A stretch of DNA of 64,000 nucleotides from a virus: IMG/VR virus record IMGVR_UViG_3300029422_000001, positions 46,744-110,743 of that record. One strand, 5' to 3'. Both the position numbers and the translations under genes were made by a program. This document shows, in pieces, positions 57,568-64,000 of this stretch; the first letter of the stretch is position 1, and each line of letters opens with the position of its first letter. The notes beneath the pieces are model-generated. The model worked only from the letters and a program-made list of their open reading frames with translations, was not told where the DNA came from and made no database searches.

Positions 57568-58018
57568 GCAAAAATTTAAAAACGACCCTCATTATAGTTG
57601 CGAAGTTCTCTACCTTAACCCACTCATGAGCTACTGCTCTAAGTACAGACGTTTCATATGTTGGGACATTGTCTTCTTCAACCACCTTACAAGAAGCCAG
57701 AACTCCTTCAGTCGGCTTTAGTCCACGGTCATGCAGCTCGCAGAGACCGTCTGGCCGGCGGAACACGCACCACCCGTCTTTCTCTGTTGGTTGGATCATC
57801 GCTATTGGTTTTTCTTTCACTGCAAGATACCCTACCATCCACATTGTTTCTTTTAACCTGTCAGCGTATCCGGCATCTATGATAGCCTCTATGTCTTTTG
57901 GCGTACCAATACAAGCAACCTTACACATGTTCTTGCATTTATCACATGCACAAGGTTGCTCCCATCTGTTATGATCTATGCCTACCAACTTCTTTATCCG
58001 TTCTACTTCTTCTTTCAT
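57545..58018 (-). CDS. Cys-rich protein (157 aa)
   Basis: CACDKCKNMCKVACIG plus later Cys. Confidence 0.5.
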   Translation of the reverse strand: MKEEVERIKKLVGIDHNRWEQPCACDKCKNMCKVACIGTPKDIEAIIDAGYADRLKETMWMVGYLAVKEKPIAMIQPTEKDGWCVFRRPDGLCELHDRGLKPTEGVLASCKVVEEDNVPTYETSVLRAVAHEWVKVENFATIMRVVFKFLHENERRK

Positions 58019-58019
58019 A

Positions 58020-58304
58020 TTATACTATCTCTGTTAGTTTTTCATAATACAACTTCATTTCCGGTGAAGCATATTCCATGAATGCTTCGAATAAGTGGGG
58101 TACCTCTATTATCATATTCACATTACAACCTTCTGCCTGTGAAAGCAATTCAGGATCATTACTGTACAGACACGCAACATGAGCACCTATATTAAATACA
58201 TGCAAATCTATCCTTACGTATTCTATACATGAAGACAATGCATTAAACAAATTCTTTACTTCATTCTTGTCAAAAAGTTCTATAAATTCTCTCAACCCCA
58301 TCAT
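58020..58304 (-). CDS. Hypothetical protein (94 aa)
   Basis: ORF, minus-strand array. Confidence 0.45.
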   Translation of the reverse strand: MMGLREFIELFDKNEVKNLFNALSSCIEYVRIDLHVFNIGAHVACLYSNDPELLSQAEGCNVNMIIEVPHLFEAFMEYASPEMKLYYEKLTEIV

Positions 58305-58684
58305 TTTACTACCCTTTCTACGTGTTTAATTAATACTACTGCTATCCCCTTACCGGTTTTTATCGCACATTCCGACCCTTTTATCCATTCTACACACCCT
58401 ACATACTTTTCCGTAGCATGAAATCCGGGATTGTATTTTCCAGATGTACTGAACTCTACCGTATCCCCTACCTTCAGATCGTTAAAAGCAATAGACCATG
58501 TGGTCCAAATTCTGTCATGTCTCCCAGGCTGAATGGCCCCGATTACGCCTTTTTTACAACCGTTTTTTATTGCCCTTAGTATTATCTTCCTATCACCTTC
58601 GATAAGGCTGCAAAAGCGCCCGTAAAAGGTTAAATCAACCTGTTTTCCTCCTATTTCTTCTCTTATTTTTGTTATTCTGTTCAT
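58301..58684 (-). CDS. Hypothetical protein (127 aa)
   Basis: ORF, minus-strand array. Confidence 0.5.
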   Translation of the reverse strand: MNRITKIREEIGGKQVDLTFYGRFCSLIEGDRKIILRAIKNGCKKGVIGAIQPGRHDRIWTTWSIAFNDLKVGDTVEFSTSGKYNPGFHATEKYVGCVEWIKGSECAIKTGKGIAVVLIKHVERVVK

Positions 58685-58928
58685 TTTCTGATTTTGTTTT
58701 ATTTTTTTCTCTGTTTTTTCTATCTTCTATAGAAGATGATAATAACATTATCTTTTCTATGTTACTTTTTGACTGTAAAAAAGAATCGCATTTCATTACT
58801 ACTACCACCTTCTTAAGTTCCCCATTATCGTATAGCGATACACGCATCATGTTTTGCACCTCGTCCACTATCAGACCTGGAGTAGTCTTAGCCATTTTGC
58901 GTAGCTTATTATACTCCGGTCTTTCCAT
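58635..58928 (-). CDS. Hypothetical protein with basic C-terminal tail (97 aa)
   Basis: ORF overlapping neighbours; uncertain. Confidence 0.4.
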   Translation of the reverse strand: MERPEYNKLRKMAKTTPGLIVDEVQNMMRVSLYDNGELKKVVVVMKCDSFLQSKSNIEKIMLLSSSIEDRKNREKNKTKSENEQNNKNKRRNRRKTG

Positions 58929-59193
58929 TTCCTCTGTTTATTACTCTATAGTATTTATCCTTATCCCCTTCTTTCAACTTCTCCAGATAGAAAATTCCAT
59001 CATGTAAATGAGACAAACAAAACCTGTATCCGTATTTCTGTACTCTTCTTACATGATCCCGCAGTCTTATCTCTTCACTTTTGTCTTGTACTTTGATTTT
59101 AATACTGTCTCCTTCTTTGATTGTGTATAAAATAGTTTGAATCTCTTCTTTTTTCATCTTATAAAATATTTTAACGGCAGCACCTATACTCAC
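58909..59193 (-). CDS. Hypothetical protein (94 aa)
   Basis: ORF, minus-strand array. Confidence 0.45.
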   Translation of the reverse strand: MSIGAAVKIFYKMKKEEIQTILYTIKEGDSIKIKVQDKSEEIRLRDHVRRVQKYGYRFCLSHLHDGIFYLEKLKEGDKDKYYRVINRGNGKTGV

Positions 59194-59220
59194 GCACCAC
59201 TACTGCCTTATGTTTAACAA

Positions 59221-60030
59221 TTAAATACTTAACTCTTCAATGGTCAAGCCTTTTTCTTTTGCCCACTTTAGCATCGCGCATAATTCTGTTTCTGACTTAT
59301 ATTTCGGATCACGCCACGCCCATCCGAATTTATCCAGGACATGATGATATAATTCGTCGGCCTTTGCCGTGTAAATGTCTTTGAATAAATGCTCCGAACC
59401 TTCCGGTATAAGCATCTCTGTTGTTGCAAAATCGGAATACGATAAACATCCGTAAGCATATTCTGTTATTTCACTCCATGCTTCTCCGGCTTTAAATCCA
59501 AATTCTTTTACAAAAGCCAAAGTTAGATACATATTTAATAATATTGTTACATCATATCCGGAATCCGACTTTCTTTCTATTATTTCCTTTTCAAATTCCT
59601 TTAAATCTTCAGGTCCTAAAAAGATGTATCCTGATACCGACCGGTAATTAGTCTCCGCATACTTCTTGCATTTATCATCATTGACAATCTTACTAATGTT
59701 AGATAACATCTTTTGCCTCCATTCATCACAAAACTCTACCTCTACGTTCATCCAATCAGTACCATAATTATATTCTTTCGGATATCCGACCGATGTTACC
59801 TTTATACTATTCACGCCATATCCGTAAAGGCGTTCACTTACCTCATTCGCCCATTCCTGTACAAAAGGAATAAACTTATTGTAATAAGAATCAAAATCAA
59901 AATCCGATTCCTCCTCATATTCTGGCATCTCTTCATAATCCTGTTCAAAGAAATGACGAGGATCTGCTATTGTTTCGTAGAAACTTACGTTAATGAAACA
60001 AAACTCGTTGGTTGTCGTTTTTAATATCAT
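59221..60030 (-). CDS. Hypothetical protein (269 aa)
   Basis: ORF, minus-strand array. Confidence 0.55.
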   Translation of the reverse strand: MILKTTTNEFCFINVSFYETIADPRHFFEQDYEEMPEYEEESDFDFDSYYNKFIPFVQEWANEVSERLYGYGVNSIKVTSVGYPKEYNYGTDWMNVEVEFCDEWRQKMLSNISKIVNDDKCKKYAETNYRSVSGYIFLGPEDLKEFEKEIIERKSDSGYDVTILLNMYLTLAFVKEFGFKAGEAWSEITEYAYGCLSYSDFATTEMLIPEGSEHLFKDIYTAKADELYHHVLDKFGWAWRDPKYKSETELCAMLKWAKEKGLTIEELSI

Positions 60031-60281
60031 AACTTTTTGTATTTACGTACATTTTTCTTGCCATAGAATCTACACATGGCACGAATCTGACTATAAAATA
60101 CTTTTGTCCTCCTGGCCTCAAAGTATTTAAACATTTCTTCATTCTTTGTTTCCCAAACGTAATCCGTTTGGGAACTCATGCGATCTTTCTCCTTGCGTGA
60201 ATAATGGTAATATGATACCACAACACGTTTCATACCATTCTTTACAGGTACGATATTTACGTCTATACTATTCTCTGTCAT
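60027..60281 (-). CDS. Hypothetical basic protein (84 aa)
   Basis: ORF, 4-nt overlap. Confidence 0.45.
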   Translation of the reverse strand: MTENSIDVNIVPVKNGMKRVVVSYYHYSRKEKDRMSSQTDYVWETKNEEMFKYFEARRTKVFYSQIRAMCRFYGKKNVRKYKKL

Positions 60282-60400
60282 ATTATTATTGTTTTATGCA
60301 TTATACAAATACAAAGAGCGCATACCTTCACAGGCCGGCGCTCCTTTCAATAAAAATAAAAAAACTAATATTACATAAACATATTGTTTTCTACTCTTTA

Positions 60401-60634
60401 TTACAATACTTTTGTTCCGCAATTATTATATCTTCCGTACTCTTTTTTCGTATCATTCAAGATTTCAAAAACCATCTTCTTGTGATCTTCGTTTGGTAAC
60501 CTATCCTTAACAGCCGATATTACGCCCGCTATAGACGTAAAGCCTGAATCTGTTATTGAACACAGCAACACGCCTCTGTCGGCTCCGGTGCTTATTGCTG
60601 ACGCCTTTATAATATCATTCTTATATATTCTCAT
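60401..60634 (-). CDS. Hypothetical protein (77 aa)
   Basis: ORF, minus-strand array. Confidence 0.45.
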   Translation of the reverse strand: MRIYKNDIIKASAISTGADRGVLLCSITDSGFTSIAGVISAVKDRLPNEDHKKMVFEILNDTKKEYGRYNNCGTKVL

Positions 60635-60655
60635 AACTTTTTTGTTTTATTGTTT

Positions 60656-60764
60656 GTGAGATGCCCAGAATCGAACCAGGACCGGCACATACGCACCGGC
60701 ACGCCGCGTCATCCCCTCTATGATGCAGAAATTGGCATGCCTATCCTCACGAACCGACATGCCA
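60656..60764 (-). ncRNA. tRNA-like structured element 1 (T-arm GGTTCGATTC + acceptor-like 3' end; no canonical cloverleaf found) with adjacent 7-bp hairpin tggcatg/catgcca
   Basis: Minus-strand read ...cctggTTCGATTctgggcatctcac. A 5' partner gggatg for the acceptor was found. D and anticodon arms could not be folded by hand. Confidence 0.3.
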
Positions 60765-60809
60765 AAACCCAAAACTTAATTTGATGAATAAAATAGATTA
60801 ACAAAAATA

Positions 60810-61124
60810 CTATTCTAATTCTTTTATAATATCTTTCACAATATTCAGCCTTACCTCCTTCGTTTCTGGACTAAGACAACCAAACCACCCATAAAACGTT
60901 CTTGTTTCCTCTGGTTCTGTGGCCATACTTATCTTCTCCTCCAATTCCGGGAAATATATTCTCACCATTTCGTCTGAACGAAACTCATAGATATTTTTAT
61001 GTGTTTTGAAATACATAAACACTACATTTCTTAACGCAACACATATGTATTCCCCATCCTCTAACCTATCAATCATCTCATATACCTTTTTCCATATGAA
61101 TAATCGCTCTTCTTTTGTAAACAT
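60810..61124 (-). CDS. Hypothetical protein (104 aa)
   Basis: ORF, minus-strand array. Confidence 0.5.
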   Translation of the reverse strand: MFTKEERLFIWKKVYEMIDRLEDGEYICVALRNVVFMYFKTHKNIYEFRSDEMVRIYFPELEEKISMATEPEETRTFYGWFGCLSPETKEVRLNIVKDIIKELE

Positions 61125-61132
61125 ATCTTTCT

Positions 61133-61480
61133 TTATTTTTGTGGTATTATTTGACTGTACGCAGACTTTTCCATGTACACAATACTATGCTCCTGTCCAA
61201 GTATTTTCTTTGCCGCCTCTTTCTTTATCGCGCAATATCTCCCTGTACGATACGGATTCTTTTGATCTGATCCATCCTCGACTTCGATAATAAAACAACC
61301 TCCGTCATCTATTATCTTTTTGCAATTGTCACATATTTCTCCCGTGCATATATGATGCGGCGCCTGCCCTTTGATGTTATTCCCTAATAAAGCAATCCCC
61401 ATCTCTTCACCGCATACTATGCATAGTTCTATGGATGGATTCAACCCATGCTCTGGATGCAATACAATACCGTCTTTCAT
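61133..61480 (-). CDS. Cys-containing hypothetical protein (115 aa)
   Basis: CIVCG...HHICTGEICDNC. Confidence 0.5.
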   Translation of the reverse strand: MKDGIVLHPEHGLNPSIELCIVCGEEMGIALLGNNIKGQAPHHICTGEICDNCKKIIDDGGCFIIEVEDGSDQKNPYRTGRYCAIKKEAAKKILGQEHSIVYMEKSAYSQIIPQK

Positions 61481-61881
61481 TTTCTATCCTCCTTTATTAA
61501 TTCTATTATAAACTTTTTATCTTGTTCCCACAATGGCAGCCCTTCTTTTACTGTGTATGCCACTGTTTCCCTCTCTCCTATTAATCGCACGGCAATCTCT
61601 CTTGCTTTCAAGTCATCCTCCTCATGCGATTTGTTTATTAAATCATAGGCACATGATTCCACCTTTTGCCTTTCGATTATTATCGAACCCATTAACTCGC
61701 TTATATGCGATCCTAAAAACGATAAGACATTAATAGCTTTCCCAATATCATTTGAAATAGCACTTGCTAAATACATCTTATCCATATACTCCGGCAAAGC
61801 CTCGTATGCCGTTTCTATGTTTTTATACTGATTTTCGTTTACCTCCCTTTTAATCAGTTCTTCAAATTCTTCTTTTAACAT
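61477..61881 (-). CDS. Hypothetical protein, about 134 aa from MLKEEFEELIK. The track ORF 61477..62028 carries a non-protein-like N-terminal extension that translates the tRNA-like element.
   Basis: The first 49 codons of the track ORF (MRKISSLIFLCFRQNAPICEDRSICFMGFMVQ...) coincide with the structured-RNA region. An internal ATG sits at 61881. Confidence 0.5.
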   Translation of the reverse strand: MLKEEFEELIKREVNENQYKNIETAYEALPEYMDKMYLASAISNDIGKAINVLSFLGSHISELMGSIIIERQKVESCAYDLINKSHEEDDLKAREIAVRLIGERETVAYTVKEGLPLWEQDKKFIIELIKEDRK

Positions 61882-61902
61882 GTTCTTCCCTATTTTAATG
61901 TT

Positions 61903-61990
61903 GTGTGAGATCGCCGGAATCGAACCGACTTGCTGCACCATGAATCCCATAAAGCAAATGCTCCGATCTTCGCAGATGGGAGCATTCTGT
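61903..61990 (-). ncRNA. tRNA-like structured element 2 (T-arm gtcggTTCGATTccggc + acceptor gatctca/tgggatt minihelix)
   Basis: Read directly. An acceptor-T-arm minihelix can be drawn (7 bp with 2 G-U). No canonical D or anticodon arm. Confidence 0.3.
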
Positions 61991-62574
61991 CTAAAGCATA
62001 AGAAAATTAATGAAGAAATTTTTCTCACTTACGCCATAGCATCTAAAATAGCTATCAGCACTATTTCTATGACAAACATAATAGAAAATATCTTAAATGC
62101 CTTTTTCATATCGCTATCTCCTCCTTTTTATTTTTTTTTTAGTTCCACAATAAACTGTTCCGGCTCTGCTCCGACCTACGTTCCACCTACAACCGCAGGC
62201 CTTAGCCCAAGGCGCCGCCTACTCCCCCTCTATGGCAGCCTGTTCGTACCTACAAAGCCAATCCCCATCTACACAACTATCACTACGCGATAATAAACAT
62301 TTATCCTTATAACAATCATCCTTATGACAATCATAAAAAAATACACCTATCACAACTGTAATCCTTAACGTCTACACAGCTAACTACCTTAGCATATACT
62401 ATTCCATCACTGCCTTCTATTCCTTTTACCCCGAAAATAGAACCTTCTACCTCCTTACTCAAATCTAAGTCAGGCGCAAAGTCATATACGTTCATACCAT
62501 CCATATTTTAATTGTTAAACATCCCGCTTAAAAAAAAATACTCACATAATGCAGTCCTCAACCCTTAATCTGTT

Positions 62575-62983
62575 GGAAGGAACCTATATAATGCTGTTTT
62601 AAACCCTTATCATATTGAATTTTGTGGAAATGATCTACAGAACACTGTTTTAAAACGCTTATCTATTGAATTTTGTTGGTAGAAACTACAAAATGCTGTT
62701 TAAAACGCTGTAAGTCTTAATTTTGTGGGAAAATCCTACATTATGCTGTTTTAAAGCTCTGATCTATTGAATTTTGTGGGAAGAAACTACAAAATGCCGT
62801 TTAAAACGCTGTAGGTCTTAATTTTGTGGGAAGAAACTACAAAATGCTGTTTAAAACGCTGTAGGTCTTAATTTTGTGGGAAAATCCTACATTATGCTGT
62901 TTTAAAGCTCTGATCTATTGAATTTTGCTGGTAGAAACTACAAAATGCTGTTTAAAACGCTGTAAGTCTTAATTTTGTGGGAA
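62575..62983. repeat. Tandem direct-repeat array, 8 units of about 50-52 bp in two alternating variants (A: gaaactacaaaatgctgtttaaaacgctgtaRgtcttaattttgtgggaa; B: aatcctacattatgctgttttaaagctctgatctattgaattttgtgggaa). The first two units are degenerate.
   Basis: Units were segmented by hand. The conserved core is ctaca..atgctgttt(t)aaa...attttgtgggaa. A units contain TAATTTTG. Confidence 0.85.
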
Positions 62984-63190
62984 GAGAGTGCCCACCCTCT
63001 CCCCCTCTCCCCCTCTCCAACTCCCGCTAATCCTCCGGCTTTCCGCATAGAACCCACGCCCTACCGCCTCACTACCGGCATACGGAGAGCGCTACAAGCT
63101 TATACTCTGGCATGAAGTATGGGGTGTTTGGAGATAATATCATTCCATAGAGAGAATAGAGAGTCTTCAGCCCACGCCCTACCGTCTGCT
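62984..63190. repeat. CT-rich tracts (ccaccctctccccctctccccctctccaactcccgc) plus two copies of the motif cccacgccctaccg (about 63050 and about 63170)
   Basis: Strong strand compositional asymmetry (pyrimidine-rich on +) read directly. The motif duplication was read directly. Confidence 0.5.
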
Positions 63191-63364
63191 CCTCCTATCA
63201 AAATAGATATTTAAACCTATAATCAAAGCCAATAAAGAAAAGCAAAAGACCATTACAATATTATACTGATCCGGTCCGTACTCCAACATAGAACGAATAC
63301 CAACCGACAGAAAATACAAGTCAGCTACTAATAAAAACCACCACATAAAATAAAAAAAATACAA
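63179..63364 (-). CDS. Small 2-TM membrane protein (61 aa)
   Basis: Two hydrophobic helices. The ORF lies in a compositionally biased region and is uncertain. Confidence 0.35.
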   Translation of the reverse strand: MYFFYFMWWFLLVADLYFLSVGIRSMLEYGPDQYNIVMVFCFSLLALIIGLNIYFDRRSRR

Positions 63365-63730
63365 TAAGTGTGTCCGAAAATACGGGTATTATAAAACCTA
63401 ACTAATTGATAGTCAAGCATACATCATTTTTGAGAAAAATACAATAAGCTTAATTTTCAATCCATAGAGACGAAAAAGGCGGCATCCGACACCCTATTTT
63501 GGGTCAGAAAACCGCCCAAAGTTTCGTTTTAGACCAATTTTAACGACATTATATAGACAAAATACCGGCATTATATCCAAACAGCCTTATTTTTGTTTCG
63601 ATTTGAACCAATATACGCATTCCTACCTTGTTTGTCGTCGTGTTCACTCTCAGAATATCTTACCCGTAAATAGAAAGAGTAGGATACAAAAATAGGGCTG
63701 CTCCGATATTCGGAACAACCCTACTCCTGT

Positions 63731-63988
63731 TTAAATACTGTTTATGTTTTCCTTCACGTATGTTCGTGATGTATGGACTTTGCGTTTGCATTTGTCCTTT
63801 CCCGTATCGGCATGATACGCTTCTTTAAGATCACGATACAACATAAATTCACGATACGCTCTTTTCCGCTTTTCTTTAGCTTCTTTCCTGGACAGACCGC
63901 GGACGTCTACCATATAAGATTTAAATTTCCTTTCCATGTTATTATATTGTTTATAATTTAGAGGTTGCTCCGGAATCGAACCGGACAC
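63731..63988 (-). CDS. Small basic protein (85 aa). Its 5' end overlaps the tRNA-like 3' segment, so the true start is probably internal.
   Basis: K/R-rich ORF (REAKEKRKRAYREF). Confidence 0.4.
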   Translation of the reverse strand: MSGSIPEQPLNYKQYNNMERKFKSYMVDVRGLSRKEAKEKRKRAYREFMLYRDLKEAYHADTGKDKCKRKVHTSRTYVKENINSI

Positions 63989-64000
63989 GCATTCCTATCC
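63961..64000 (-). tRNA. 3' portion of a tRNA(-like) gene truncated by the window edge (T-arm tccgg-TTCGATT-ccgga, acceptor gcaacct)
   Basis: Perfect 5-bp T-stem and canonical TTCGAtt loop on the minus strand. The 5' half lies beyond nt 64000. Confidence 0.4.

Noticed and set aside
60656-61990. Calling elements 1 and 2 bona fide tRNA genes
   Set aside because: Hand folding recovers T-arm and acceptor pairing but no acceptable D-arm or anticodon arm (no U33-bearing 7-nt loop). They are kept as tRNA-like ncRNA candidates pending tRNAscan.
61882-62028. N-terminal 49 codons of track ORF 61477..62028
   Set aside because: The non-protein-like sequence coincides with the T-arm/acceptor tRNA-like element. 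An internal ATG at 61881 (MLKEEFEELIK) is the more plausible start.
62575-62983. Possible CRISPR array
   Set aside because: The intervening segments are not unique spacers. The whole 50-bp unit is repeated in two alternating near-identical variants. That makes it a tandem direct-repeat or iteron-like array, not repeat-spacer architecture. No cas genes are nearby.
1-64000. Genome-wide stop-codon recoding (TAG/TGA reassignment as in some crAss-like/Lak phages)
   Set aside because: ORFs of 1531+, 752 and 2140 aa, and about 85 contiguous minus-strand genes, are intact under the standard code. Only one in-frame TAA (in TnpB-2) is seen, and the other disruptions are homopolymer frameshifts.
22089-64000. 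Plus-strand ORFs overlapping the minus-strand gene array (e.g. 24194..24409, 25041..25379, 31509..31736, 44014..44289, 52935..53258)
   Set aside because: They are embedded antisense to well-supported, tightly packed minus-strand genes. Their composition is typical of shadow ORFs.

Overview
This 64-kb window reads as part of a large, AT-rich double-stranded DNA bacteriophage genome. It does not read as a bacterial chromosome. Bacteroidota-type TAnnTTTG promoter boxes recur, so a Bacteroidota host is likely. A crAss-like affinity is only an inference.

Left third (1-22 kb, + strand): three giant ORFs. The first is more than 1563 aa and is open at the window edge. The others are 752 aa and 2140 aa. 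They look like virion, ejected or virion-RNAP-type proteins. A 6.5-kb mobile-element hotspot (about 7.5-14 kb) interrupts them. The hotspot holds a TnpB (IS200/IS605-type) with candidate 3' omegaRNA, a Bro-N protein, and a clear IscB (PLMP-RuvC-bridge helix-HNH) with candidate upstream omegaRNA. Three small paralogs begin MRRRF, and two of them are broken by poly-G frameshifts.

Right two thirds (22-64 kb, - strand): about 85 tightly packed early or replication genes. They include a second TnpB with one in-frame TAA, a DExH helicase, a Cas4-like nuclease, and a flotillin-NfeD-acyl carrier protein (ACP) operon. They also include a DnaB-like helicase, a primase, a PD-(D/E)XK nuclease, an ABC ATPase, a DUF1566 (lectin-like) protein and a CCA-adding-type nucleotidyltransferase. 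Three T-arm-containing tRNA-like elements are present. A 50-bp x 8 tandem-repeat array with CT-rich tracts sits near 62.6-63.0 kb, at the head of the minus-strand array.
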